Position numbers and translations under genes: made by a program | Notes under the pieces: generated by a model | What the model saw: the letters and a program-made list of their open reading frames with translations, nothing else | Told to the model about the DNA's origin: nothing | The model's database searches: none | Part shown: one piece after another, positions 7,924 to 17,476 of the stretch | Layout of the letters: each line of letters begins with the position of its first letter | Numbering within the stretch: position 1 is the first letter of the stretch | Origin: an uncultured Candidatus Saccharibacteria bacterium | GTDB taxonomy: Bacteria > Patescibacteriota > Saccharimonadia > Saccharimonadales > JBBQAJ01 | Assembly (NCBI GenBank): GCA_964593805.1 | Contig: CAZQHP010000001.1 | Coordinates: 517,283-581,282, forward strand | Length of the DNA stretch: 64,000 nucleotides | Direction: 5' to 3'

Positions 7924-8448
7924 ATGGCCTTAACCAAAAATAAGAAGAATGAAGTCGTCACCGAAGTCAGCCAGCTTTTGGCTGATTCTAAGTTGACGGT
8001 TATTGCGGCCTATCAGGGTACTTCTGTGAAAGCACTGCAAGCACTGCGCAAAAGCGGCCGCGAAAATGGCACCACGCTCAAAGTTGTCAAAAACCGGCTG
8101 GTAGTCCAGGCTCTCAAAGCCAATGACACCACCAAAGACATTGATACCAGCGCGTTGACTGGCATGCTCCTGTATGCTTTTAACAGCCAGGACGAGGCAG
8201 CGCCAGCGCAAACTTTGGCAAATTTTGCTAAAACCCAGCCAACGCTGCAGTTTGTGGGCGCAATCACCGCCGAAGGCGCTTTTATGGCAGCCGACGAAGT
8301 AAAAGTATTTGCCGCGCTGCCGGGCAAAAATCAACTTATTGCTGGCATCATCAACACCCTTAATTCACCCGTGCGCGGTGTTATGGGAAGCTTGTCCGGC
8401 AATTTGCATGGAATTTTACAAGCCCTGGAAGCCAAAGCTGCTAATTAA
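7924..8448 (+). CDS. rplJ: 50S ribosomal protein L10
   Basis: 174 aa with L10-like sequence. A GGAGGA RBS is present, and rplL follows. Confidence 0.95.
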   Translation: MALTKNKKNEVVTEVSQLLADSKLTVIAAYQGTSVKALQALRKSGRENGTTLKVVKNRLVVQALKANDTTKDIDTSALTGMLLYAFNSQDEAAPAQTLANFAKTQPTLQFVGAITAEGAFMAADEVKVFAALPGKNQLIAGIINTLNSPVRGVMGSLSGNLHGILQALEAKAAN

Positions 8449-8465
8449 TTGAAAGGAATCACGAA

Positions 8466-8846
8466 ATGGCAACAGATCTAAAGAAATTCGCGGAACAGCT
8501 GGTAAATCTCAGCGTTCTCGAAGTAAATGAACTAGGAACAATCCTCAAAGACGAATATGGCATTGAACCAGCCGCCGCGGCTGTGGCCGTAGCTGCTCCA
8601 GCTGGTGGAGAGGCTGCTCCAGCCGCCGAAGAAAAATCTGAATACGACGTCGTCCTCAAAGACGCTGGCGCTCAGAAGGTAGCTGTTATCAAGGCAGTTA
8701 AGGATATAACCGGTCTGGGTCTTGGCGAAGCCAAGGCTGTAGTAGACGGCGCTCCAAAAACTGTTTTGGAAAAAGCCAAAAAAGAAGACGCCGAAAACGC
8801 CAAAAAAGTGCTTGAAGAAGCCGGCGCTACCGTAGAATTGTCATAA
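8466..8846 (+). CDS. rplL: 50S ribosomal protein L7/L12
   Basis: 126 aa with an Ala-rich hinge and the C-terminal domain sequence [28 protein letters not shown]. Confidence 0.97.
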   Translation: MATDLKKFAEQLVNLSVLEVNELGTILKDEYGIEPAAAAVAVAAPAGGEAAPAAEEKSEYDVVLKDAGAQKVAVIKAVKDITGLGLGEAKAVVDGAPKTVLEKAKKEDAENAKKVLEEAGATVELS

Positions 8847-8906
8847 TTCAACGGTTAGCCGGAGTCCGCTACAGCGGATCGGGCAATCCGAGCTTATGGA
8901 CTATCG

Positions 8907-8927
8907 CCGCCCTAGTAGGGCGGTTTT
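8907..8927 (+). terminator. Intrinsic terminator after rplL
   Basis: ccgccc-tagta-gggcgg forms a hairpin followed by TTTT. Confidence 0.7.
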
Positions 8928-9053
8928 AGTTTATGACGTCTAGCCAGCGACAATTGCCCTCTTTACACCATCTTCCGCATCACGTATCCTAAGTACAAGC
9001 GTTATTAACGCCGGTTATTTATATATATGAAACAAATAGAAGGTAAAGTCTAA

Positions 9054-11987
9054 ATGCCTAGGCTCCCGACCCCCGGTGGTGACAATGGAACATGGGGAGA
9101 TGTCCTCAATGAGTTCTTGAGCGTTGAGCATAATGCTGACGGTACCTTGAAGACTTCCGGTTCGCTGGCATCTAAGGCCGATGATAGCGCAGTTGTTAAA
9201 CTCACTGGCGCCCAAACCGTAGCTGGCGTTAAAACTTTTTCTAGCTCGCCGGTGGTACCGGCCCCAACCAGCGGCACAGACGCCGCCAACAAGACTTACG
9301 TAGACACCACAGCCTCCGCCGGTACCCCTGATGCTGACGCCACTACTAAAGGTAAGCTCCAACTAGCTGGCGACCTAGCCGGCACCGCAGCTAGTCCCCA
9401 AATAGCCACTGGCGTCATAGTTAACGCCGACATTAATGCTGCCGCAGCTATAGCCAAGTCCAAGTTGGCTAGTTTGGATATTGTAGATGCTGACGTCAAT
9501 GCCGCCGCTGCCATAGCCCAGTCTAAGATTGCAAGCCTAACTACCGACCTAAGCAACAAGCAACCTCTGGACTCTGACCTAACCACTATTGCAGCCATAG
9601 CTCCCACTAATGACGACGTTATCCAAAGAAAAGCCGGAGCCTGGACCAACCGGACAATGTCTCAGGTCAAAACAGACCTAGCCCTAGTTAAGGGTGATGT
9701 CGGGCTGGGGAGTGTGGACAATACGAGTGATGCTAGCAAAAACAGTGCGACAGCCACGCTTTCTAACAAAACATTAGACAACACCACTGTTGAAACAATC
9801 AAGGCTGGCAACCTCACCGTTCAGGACGACACGGATACTACCAAACAGGCGAAATTTGTGGCTTCCGGCATAACTACCGTTACCACGCGGTCCTATACTC
9901 TGCCTGATGCTACGACTACTTTAGTCGGTACGGACGCAACCCAAACGCTGACCAATAAAACCATCTCAGGTGCCAGCAATACAATTAACAATGTGAGTTT
10001 GGCAACTGGAGTTACTGGCAATTTGCCCGTAACAAACTTGAACTCGGGCACGGGCGCGTCAAGTTCTACTTTTTGGCGCGGAGACGGCGCCTGGTCCACG
10101 CCAGCTGGGGGCGGCGACGCCAGTACCAACACCGCAACTTCTGTAGATAGTGAAATAGTGTTATTTTCTGGAACCGCCGGCAAAACCCTCAAGCGCGCCA
10201 CCGGCTCCGGGATTGTTAAGTCTACCTCCGGCGTATTCTCGGTAGTAAGCGCGCCAAGCGGGGCGATCGTGGGCGACACAGACACCCAAACGCTTACAAA
10301 TAAAACCCTGACTTCACCGGTAATAAATACTCCCACCGGCATAGTCAAAGGCGATGTGGGGCTTGGGAACGTAGACAACACCAGTGACTTAAACAAGCCG
10401 GTCTCCACCGCTCAGCAAGCAGCGATAGATGCTGCCAAACAGGGGTTAGATGTCAAAGATAGTGTCAGGGCTGCAACTACGGCAGCCGGAACATTGGCTA
10501 CTAGCTTTGAAAACCTAGACGCAATTGATGGGGTGACACTTGCCACAGGCGACAGAATACTTATAAAAGATCAAGCTGCTGGCGCGGAAAATGGGATTTA
10601 TACTGTTAATGCCTCTGGAGCTCCAACTAGAGCTACAGATGCCAATATCAGTGCTGAAGTTACGGCCGGAATGTATGTTTTTGTTTCTGAGGGTACGGCC
10701 AATGGAAATAATGGTTTTGTACTTACGACCGATGACCCGATAACTCTAGGCACGACTGCTTTAGTATTTACCCAGTTCAGTGGCGCCGGTCAGATCACAG
10801 CTGGAGCGGGCCTTACCAAAACCGGAAACACGCTTGATGTTGGTGCTGGCAGCGGTATTAGCGTTGCGGCCGACGGCGTTGCTATAGATACGGCAGTTGT
10901 TGCAAGTAAAACAGATAACCTTTCGGTATTCGCGGCGACGACCTCGGCTCAACTGGCAGGGGTTGTGTCGGACGAAACAGGCACCGGGGCATTAGTGTTC
11001 GCTAATTCGCCAACCCTGGTTACGCCGGCTCTTGGCACGCCTGCTTCTGGAGTAGCCACAAACCTGACTGGAACCGCAGCCGGCCTAACCGCGGGCAACG
11101 TAACAACCAACGCTAACCTGACCGGCCCGATAACTTCTACTGGCAACGCCACGGCCGTGGCAGCCCAAACCGGTACCGGCTCGACGTTTGTCATGAATAC
11201 CTCGCCAACCCTGGTAACTCCAACACTGGGCGCGGCTACCGCCACTAGCATAAACAAAGTTGCCATTACCGCTCCTGCTATCGGATCGACACTGACTATC
11301 CCAGACGGAGTTACTCTGACTGGTCCTGCAACCAGCGGAACGGCCATGACTTTGGGTAATGCTGAAACTGTTACAGGCGTTAAGACTTTTGGCTCGGCTG
11401 GCGCTGTTGGCAAACTTCAGGTAGCTGGCACTACCAGTGGTGCGACCATATTGGATGCTACTGCCGCCGCCAGCGGCACGCTTACCCTGCCGGCTGCAAC
11501 TGATACTTTAGTAGGCCGGGCAACGACCGATACGCTGACCAATAAAACTCTGACAGCACCGGTCATTTCTACCATTTCAAACACCGGCACGCTGACACTG
11601 CCTACATCGACAGACACATTAGTTGGCAAAACCACCACCGATACGCTGACCAACAAAAGAATTACTCCTAGGGTAAGTTCCGAAGCTTCGTCGGCAACGC
11701 CGACGATCAACACCGACAACGTCGACGCGCACTCTATCACCGCGCTAGCCGTTGCCATTACTTCATTCACTACCAACTTATCCGGTACGCCAACCAACTT
11801 CCAAAAGCTTACCATCCGCATCAAAGACAACGCCACCGCCCGTGCGATTACCTGGGGCACCTCATTTGAGGCCAAGGGCGCTGCCTTACCAACCACTACA
11901 GTCGTGTCCAAAGTTCTGACCATTGGCTTTATTTACGACACCGTAACTAGCAAATGGGGCTGTGTAGCCACGGCCCAGGAGGCTTGA
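9054..11987 (+). CDS. Phage-tail-fibre-like protein 1 (977 aa)
   Basis: Its N-terminus, [22 protein letters not shown], is shared with the 13832 paralog. It has the fibre-shaft motif [27 protein letters not shown] and about five (T/S)L(T/S)NK(T/R) repeats. A central domain ([15 protein letters not shown]...RATD...LVFTQF) is typical of phage tail-fibre proteins. The composition is Ala/Thr/Gly-rich. Confidence 0.8.
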   Translation: MPRLPTPGGDNGTWGDVLNEFLSVEHNADGTLKTSGSLASKADDSAVVKLTGAQTVAGVKTFSSSPVVPAPTSGTDAANKTYVDTTASAGTPDADATTKGKLQLAGDLAGTAASPQIATGVIVNADINAAAAIAKSKLASLDIVDADVNAAAAIAQSKIASLTTDLSNKQPLDSDLTTIAAIAPTNDDVIQRKAGAWTNRTMSQVKTDLALVKGDVGLGSVDNTSDASKNSATATLSNKTLDNTTVETIKAGNLTVQDDTDTTKQAKFVASGITTVTTRSYTLPDATTTLVGTDATQTLTNKTISGASNTINNVSLATGVTGNLPVTNLNSGTGASSSTFWRGDGAWSTPAGGGDASTNTATSVDSEIVLFSGTAGKTLKRATGSGIVKSTSGVFSVVSAPSGAIVGDTDTQTLTNKTLTSPVINTPTGIVKGDVGLGNVDNTSDLNKPVSTAQQAAIDAAKQGLDVKDSVRAATTAAGTLATSFENLDAIDGVTLATGDRILIKDQAAGAENGIYTVNASGAPTRATDANISAEVTAGMYVFVSEGTANGNNGFVLTTDDPITLGTTALVFTQFSGAGQITAGAGLTKTGNTLDVGAGSGISVAADGVAIDTAVVASKTDNLSVFAATTSAQLAGVVSDETGTGALVFANSPTLVTPALGTPASGVATNLTGTAAGLTAGNVTTNANLTGPITSTGNATAVAAQTGTGSTFVMNTSPTLVTPTLGAATATSINKVAITAPAIGSTLTIPDGVTLTGPATSGTAMTLGNAETVTGVKTFGSAGAVGKLQVAGTTSGATILDATAAASGTLTLPAATDTLVGRATTDTLTNKTLTAPVISTISNTGTLTLPTSTDTLVGKTTTDTLTNKRITPRVSSEASSATPTINTDNVDAHSITALAVAITSFTTNLSGTPTNFQKLTIRIKDNATARAITWGTSFEAKGAALPTTTVVSKVLTIGFIYDTVTSKWGCVATAQEA
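9295..9740 (+). repeat. 446-bp direct repeat shared by the two fibre genes, copy 1
   Basis: It aligns without indels to 14034-14479 (offset 4739). The first 259 bp (9295-9553) are identical, and about 10 scattered substitutions follow. Confidence 0.95.
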
Positions 11988-11991
11988 GCCC

Positions 11992-13725
11992 GTGGCGAAT
12001 CGTTATTGGGTTGGCGGTACGGCATCTTGGGACGCCACGGCCGGTACAAAATGGGCAACTACTTCTGGTGGGGCAGGTGGCTCGGCTGTCCCTACAGCCG
12101 CCGACGACGTATTTCTAGATGGCCCCTCCGGAGCTGTAACGGTAACAATTAGTGGCTCACGAGTCTGCCGATCATTTACATGTACCGGCTTTACCGGCAC
12201 TCTTACGGGTACAAGCTCGCCAGTTTTATCAATTGGTGATGCCAGCGGCGGGGCTATGACACTAGTTGCTGGCATGACGGTTGGCACTGCGCCCACGCTG
12301 AATTTTGTGTCTACTTCCAACAACGGCGGGACCGGCTGGGCTATTACTACTGGCGGTCAGACTTTGAGCCATATGACATTTGACGGTGTCGGCGGCAAAT
12401 GGGTTTTGCAAGATACAGTCAGCCTTTTTTTTGGAGCTGTGACCCTGACTAACGGCACGCTTGATACGAACAGCAAAACCATGAACATACACAACTTTGC
12501 CAGCAGCAATTCCAATACCCGTACCCTAACACTTGGATCGTCTACCATTAACTGTGATCGCCTGCTTTCTGCCGGGGCTTTCTGGGAGACAACTACCACT
12601 ACCGGCCTGACCTTTAGCGGCGCGTCGTCTACGATAGTTTTGGGCCCGACAAGCAGCGGGCTGACTCGTAACTTTAATGGCGGCGGGTTAACCTACGGGA
12701 CACTATCCTATACGGCTACCGGTTCAACTGGCCGGATGGTAGTTGCCGGATCAAATACCTTTAACACCATCAATGTTGGTTCGGGTAGATCTATCGCTTT
12801 TACGGTCGGGACCACAAACACAGTCACTAACTGGAACGTAAACGGCGCTCTGTTTGAATATCAAAGAATATCCGGTACGTCAGGCGACTATATTTCAACG
12901 CCAGACTCGGCGGCCCTGTCAATAACCGGCGACATTACCATACTCACCAGGGTAGCCATGGATTCCTGGACGCCCTCATCATCAAAAATGTTCGTAGCCA
13001 AACGGGCCGTTACAGGCAACCAGCGCAGTTATCACTGGAATATATCTGGTACTGGTTTTATGGCATTTGTAATTTCCACTGATGGCACCGCTGTGATTGC
13101 AGCGACAGCTGATGCTGCTACCGGCTTCGCTGCCGGCAGTACCAACTGGGTGCTAGTATCTAGGCGCTCTTCCGACGGCCGAGTCCAGTTTTATAAAGCC
13201 GACGGCTCGCTGACAAATCCCGCAGCTTCAGACTTTACGCAGATTGGGACGGACCAGACTCCTGCAGCTGGAGCAATTTTTGACGGCACCGCTCCGCTGG
13301 AGGTAGGCTCTTCGGACTTAGGCACGGTTCAGCCAGCTCCATGCAACGTCTACAGAACAATTGTCTACAACGGGCTGTTTTCTACCGCCGCGTTTGGCGG
13401 TACAATTCAGTTTGACGCCGACTTCACCAGAAAAAAGTTCGGAGACAATACGTTTACCGAGTCATCAGCCAACGCCGCCACAGTTACCATGAACGGCTCA
13501 ACTATTTACGGCGATGGTAGAGTAGATGTAGACTCAGATACTGTGGGTTCACATTTTCTAACCAAGGCTACGGCCGGTGTTTTCGCTAGTGATTACCTAG
13601 TAGTGACGCGTTCCGTGGCTTCGGGCGGTACTTGGTACGCTGGAGGCCATTCTGTTGACGGAACAGCCAACTCCGGCTGGATATTTCAAACATACGGCGA
13701 CGGACGGTTTTTGAGCATGTTTTAG
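11992..13725 (+). CDS. Secreted/structural protein with a C-terminal LamG (concanavalin-A-like lectin) type domain
   Basis: 577 aa with a GTG start and AGGAGG 8 nt upstream. The N-terminal motif is RYWVGGTASWDATAGTKWATTSGGAGGSAVPTAADDVFLD. The C-terminal region (SGDYISTPDSAALSITGDITIL..WVLVSRRSSDGRVQFYKADG) resembles LamG/Laminin_G_3. Confidence 0.65.
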   Translation: MANRYWVGGTASWDATAGTKWATTSGGAGGSAVPTAADDVFLDGPSGAVTVTISGSRVCRSFTCTGFTGTLTGTSSPVLSIGDASGGAMTLVAGMTVGTAPTLNFVSTSNNGGTGWAITTGGQTLSHMTFDGVGGKWVLQDTVSLFFGAVTLTNGTLDTNSKTMNIHNFASSNSNTRTLTLGSSTINCDRLLSAGAFWETTTTTGLTFSGASSTIVLGPTSSGLTRNFNGGGLTYGTLSYTATGSTGRMVVAGSNTFNTINVGSGRSIAFTVGTTNTVTNWNVNGALFEYQRISGTSGDYISTPDSAALSITGDITILTRVAMDSWTPSSSKMFVAKRAVTGNQRSYHWNISGTGFMAFVISTDGTAVIAATADAATGFAAGSTNWVLVSRRSSDGRVQFYKADGSLTNPAASDFTQIGTDQTPAAGAIFDGTAPLEVGSSDLGTVQPAPCNVYRTIVYNGLFSTAAFGGTIQFDADFTRKKFGDNTFTESSANAATVTMNGSTIYGDGRVDVDSDTVGSHFLTKATAGVFASDYLVVTRSVASGGTWYAGGHSVDGTANSGWIFQTYGDGRFLSMF

Positions 13726-13831
13726 GCGCTAAACACTATACAACCCCCCGCCAATCCGGTATATTTAGACACAAGCGGTAACAGTTTTGGATAGACTGAT
13801 ATGAAAAACATAAAATCAAAGGTACTTATAA

Positions 13832-15922
13832 ATGCCTAGGCTCCCAACCCCCGGCGGCGACAATGGAACGTGGGGAGATGTCCTCAACGAATTTTTAGGT
13901 GTCTCTCATGAAACTGACGGCACCCTAAAAGCCTCTGCCAAAGCAGATAAAGTCTCCAAATCCGGCGACACCATGACCGGGGCTCTGACTCTTCCCGGTG
14001 ACCCAACCTCCGGGCTTCATGCAGCTACAAAATCTTACGTAGACACCACAGCCTCCGCCGGTACCCCTGATGCTGACGCCACTACTAAAGGTAAGCTCCA
14101 ACTAGCTGGCGACCTAGCCGGCACCGCAGCTAGTCCCCAAATAGCCACTGGCGTCATAGTTAACGCCGACATTAATGCTGCCGCAGCTATAGCCAAGTCC
14201 AAGTTGGCTAGTTTGGATATTGTAGATGCTGACGTCAATGCCGCCGCTGCCATAGCCCAGTCTAAGATTGCAAGCCTAACTACCGACCTAAGTAACAAGC
14301 AACCTCTGGACTCTGACCTAACCGCCATTGCAGCCCTAGCTCCCACTAATGACGACGTTATCCAAAGAAAAGCCGGAGCTTGGACCAACCGCACCATGGC
14401 TCAGGTCAAAACAGACCTAGCCCTAGTCAAGGGTGATGTTGGGCTGGGGAGTGTGGACAATACGAGTGATGCTAGCAAACCGGTGTCAACGGCCACCCAA
14501 ACGGCGTTGGATCTAAAAGCTAACGACAGTGCGGTTGTAAAGTTGACTGGCGACCAGACCGTCGCGGGGATCAAGACGTTTTCGTCTTCGCCGATTGTCC
14601 CGGTACCGACAACTTCAACTCAAGCGGCCCAAAAAAATACCGTTGACACTGCCATATCAGCACTGAGAACAGCCAACGATGGCTATGGTACAGCCGTAAA
14701 TACCGCCACTGCGGGCGTTTTTAAGATTGATCAAGTTATTGACGTACAGACTTTTACGACAACAGGTGCGTATAACTGGGTACCGCCAACTTGGGCTGCC
14801 TCAACGTCTACTGTTGAAGTAGAAGTAGTTGGCGCTGGTGGGGGCGGTGGGGGCGCTCGGCGAGGTGCTACTGGTACTATTCGCGGCGGAGGTGGCGGCG
14901 GAGCCTCTGGCAATCACTCGATTAAAACATTTTTATACGGAGACTTAACCCTGCCGAACGGTATTTGGATAAGTGGCAATGTCGGGGCTGGCGGAACGGC
15001 TGGTGCAGGAGCCTCGGCAGATAGTACAGATGGAAGTGACGGGGGAGATGGTGGTGCATCATATTTTGGTATTTATCTTTACGCTTCAGGCGGGGGTGGT
15101 GGGAAAAAAGGCACCAGTACCGACGGTGGGGCAGGCGGTGTAGTTGGATCGAGAGGCATGTTCCCAGGCCTACCAGGAGCAAAAGGCGGTGGTCTAACTA
15201 CTGCGGCTTCGCTGGCTACATACGGGCTATTTGACAATTCCTACGGCGAAGTTACGCAAGCCACCAGCAAATCGACTGGCGTAACGCTAAATTCCCGAAC
15301 TGGGCAAATAACTATGAATAACGCGTCATTGGCCGCTACAACAAGCGTTAGCTTTACGCTGACCAACTCGGCAATACTTATAAACGATGATGTTGAGGTC
15401 AATATTGCCAGCGCGGCAACCACCAATTCATATTCCGTTACGGTGGATTTGGTTGCAAACGGGTCATGTCGAATACATGTGCGCAACGTGACAGCGGGCG
15501 CACTTGGCGAAGCGCTAGTACTAAACTTTAACGTAATCAAAGCCATGAACGCTTTTGGTTCGGCGCAGGTGGCAAGTGGCGCTGGTGGCGGAGGTGAGGG
15601 GCTTACAGCCGCAAATGCGTCAGCAACAGGCTCGGACGGCGGAGCTGCAAACGGCTATACCGACGGCTCCACTGCAGGCGGTATTCACGGGGTTATCTTA
15701 TCTAATGTCGCTGCAGCTGGAACGACCGCCGGACCATTCATAGCATCTGGCGGCGGTGGCGGACAGCGTGGTTCCGGCGCCGGGCTTGGAGGCGGAGCCG
15801 GTGGCGCAGGCGGTTCGCCGGGCGGCGGTGGTGGCGGCGGTGGCTGTAACAGCAATGGATCTGCTAGTGGTGCTGGTGGTGTCGGTGGCGCCGGAAAGGT
15901 TAGAATTGTTACTCGGCCATGA
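13832..15922 (+). CDS. Phage-tail-fibre-like protein 2 with a glycine-rich C-terminal region (696 aa)
   Basis: It shares the N-terminus of the 9054 protein. The motif SKSGDTMTGALTLPGDPTSGLHAATKSYVD matches the phage tail-fibre repeat (GDTMTG type). The C-terminal half carries G6-G8 runs, as in actinophage minor-tail/glycine-rich proteins. Confidence 0.8.
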   Translation: MPRLPTPGGDNGTWGDVLNEFLGVSHETDGTLKASAKADKVSKSGDTMTGALTLPGDPTSGLHAATKSYVDTTASAGTPDADATTKGKLQLAGDLAGTAASPQIATGVIVNADINAAAAIAKSKLASLDIVDADVNAAAAIAQSKIASLTTDLSNKQPLDSDLTAIAALAPTNDDVIQRKAGAWTNRTMAQVKTDLALVKGDVGLGSVDNTSDASKPVSTATQTALDLKANDSAVVKLTGDQTVAGIKTFSSSPIVPVPTTSTQAAQKNTVDTAISALRTANDGYGTAVNTATAGVFKIDQVIDVQTFTTTGAYNWVPPTWAASTSTVEVEVVGAGGGGGGARRGATGTIRGGGGGGASGNHSIKTFLYGDLTLPNGIWISGNVGAGGTAGAGASADSTDGSDGGDGGASYFGIYLYASGGGGGKKGTSTDGGAGGVVGSRGMFPGLPGAKGGGLTTAASLATYGLFDNSYGEVTQATSKSTGVTLNSRTGQITMNNASLAATTSVSFTLTNSAILINDDVEVNIASAATTNSYSVTVDLVANGSCRIHVRNVTAGALGEALVLNFNVIKAMNAFGSAQVASGAGGGGEGLTAANASATGSDGGAANGYTDGSTAGGIHGVILSNVAAAGTTAGPFIASGGGGGQRGSGAGLGGGAGGAGGSPGGGGGGGGCNSNGSASGAGGVGGAGKVRIVTRP
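14034..14479 (+). repeat. 446-bp direct repeat shared by the two fibre genes, copy 2
   Basis: See 9295-9740. Confidence 0.95.
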
Positions 15923-16737
15923 GCATAGCCGTAGCCGCCAGAGTTTCATCCTACAGAGTTGTTTTTGACGGGCAGTCCCTAAATTCATACGGATCCCCCA
16001 ACCATTATCCTGCGAAACTAATGTCTGGGAGAGGCATACCCTGGATTGATGTTGCTATAGCAGGCTATGCTTGGCTCCAGCTGAAAACAATGCTAGACAA
16101 CAGAGTAACGCCCCACCTTGTACGTGGTTCAATCACAATACTGATTGGTGTGGGGGGAACAACAGATTACGCACTAAACCAGACCGGCCAAAACGTTTAC
16201 GATTCTGAGGTTACCTGGGCTACAAATGCCCGAGCAGCCGGTGCCGACTACATTATTCAAACAACCACAACCCCGTCTACATCCTTTGGCGCCAACACAA
16301 CCGTCGCTTCTGGCTCAAATGGTGTTAATACCAATACTTTCGCTGGTTCGGGAACACTAAATGTAGCTAGTACTACCGATGCACCTTCGTCAGGTACAAT
16401 TATCGTTGCCACTGGCGGCACGCCAGCCACCATTACTTACACCGGTACAACATCTACAACTTTTACTGGTTGCAATACGACGTCAGGCGGTGGCGTTATG
16501 AGCACAAACGGTACGGTTAGGAACATTATATATTCCCGGTTTTACGACGGCAATGCGCTGGTGATGGCTGACGCTTCAGCCGCCTTTGACTACAAGGTAG
16601 ATTTGGCTGGTGATTCTCGCTTAGCAGATCCAACTAACACAACTTATTACATAGATGGCACCCACCCCACCAATGCCGGCAGGCAAGTCATGGCCGACCT
16701 AGTCGCGCCTGCCCTGAACGCGATTCTCGCACTGTAG
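15919..16737 (+). CDS. SGNH/GDSL-family hydrolase-like protein (putative esterase)
   Basis: 272 aa, with its ATG overlapping the previous stop as ATGA. Block I is FDGQSLN near the N-terminus and block V is DGTHPT near the C-terminus. A Thr/Gly/Ser-rich insertion is present. Confidence 0.55.
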   Translation: MSIAVAARVSSYRVVFDGQSLNSYGSPNHYPAKLMSGRGIPWIDVAIAGYAWLQLKTMLDNRVTPHLVRGSITILIGVGGTTDYALNQTGQNVYDSEVTWATNARAAGADYIIQTTTTPSTSFGANTTVASGSNGVNTNTFAGSGTLNVASTTDAPSSGTIIVATGGTPATITYTGTTSTTFTGCNTTSGGGVMSTNGTVRNIIYSRFYDGNALVMADASAAFDYKVDLAGDSRLADPTNTTYYIDGTHPTNAGRQVMADLVAPALNAILAL

Positions 16738-16866
16738 AAAGAACTGGGATTTTCTCTAGTCGCACGGTCCTACTTTATCCACAGCCCTTTTGACTTGAGC
16801 GCTGCATCGTGGTACGGTAAGTTCAGAAGTGTACCAAATAAACACTTACCAAAAGAGACTTAAGAA

Positions 16867-17376
16867 ATGTCAGATGTACCAGAAAAACAAATCAAACGGT
16901 TAAAATCCTTGATTCAAGAGGCGGAGACTAGCTTGGCAGCAGCCAAGGAGTTGCTGATGAGCCTGGTTGGCGAGGATCCGGTTGTAGCCGCGGCTATCGC
17001 CGAAGAACCGCTGGGCAAAATTATAGAGGGCGTTTTTGACGGCCAAACCATGGTGGGTTCTGACGCCAAAAACTACCCCGTACCGGCAAACTACGCTAGT
17101 AAATCTAAGCTCGTCCAGGGTGACATATTGAAGCTGACAATTGCCGATGACGGTTCGTTTTTGTACAAACAGATTGGCCCGGTTCCCCGCAAGCAAGTGG
17201 TGGGCATGCTCAAACTGGAAAACGGCCACTACTTTGTAGACGTTGGCGGCAAACAGTACCGCGTGCTACTGGCCAGCGTCACCTATTTCAAAGCCAAGCC
17301 CGGCGACCAAGTCAGCGTGAACGTTCCAGAAGACGACACCCACGCCGAATGGGCCGCCCTTGAAGCTGCCCTTTAA
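16867..17376 (+). CDS. Hypothetical protein
   Basis: 169-aa ORF with an N-terminal helical region. No motif was recognised. Confidence 0.5.
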   Translation: MSDVPEKQIKRLKSLIQEAETSLAAAKELLMSLVGEDPVVAAAIAEEPLGKIIEGVFDGQTMVGSDAKNYPVPANYASKSKLVQGDILKLTIADDGSFLYKQIGPVPRKQVVGMLKLENGHYFVDVGGKQYRVLLASVTYFKAKPGDQVSVNVPEDDTHAEWAALEAAL

Positions 17377-17476
17377 AAAGCTAACGGCATACAGCTTACA
17401 GTAAACAGTTTGTAGCTTCAAAAAAACTAAACTTCCTCTGTCAGCCGTCAGCTGTCTGCTGTATACTTATTGGACT

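Noticed and set aside
9295-14479. The repeat pair in the fibre genes might be the template and variable repeats of a diversity-generating retroelement.
   Set aside because: The ~10 mismatches are mixed transitions and transversions, mostly at synonymous or third positions, and are not adenine-specific. The repeat is 446 bp, much longer than typical TR/VR pairs. No reverse transcriptase gene is in the window.
9015-15988. Minus-strand ORFs of 60-171 aa overlap the fibre, LamG and glycine-rich genes.
   Set aside because: They are antisense shadows of long Ala/Gly/Thr-rich genes. Two of them merely mirror the 446-bp repeat.
8930-16860. The fibre locus might be a complete or decaying prophage.
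   Set aside because: No integrase, terminase, portal, capsid, tape-measure, tube, baseplate or lysis gene is present, and I saw no att-like flanking repeat. Only receptor-binding-type genes are there, so it is reported as an orphan fibre-like operon instead.
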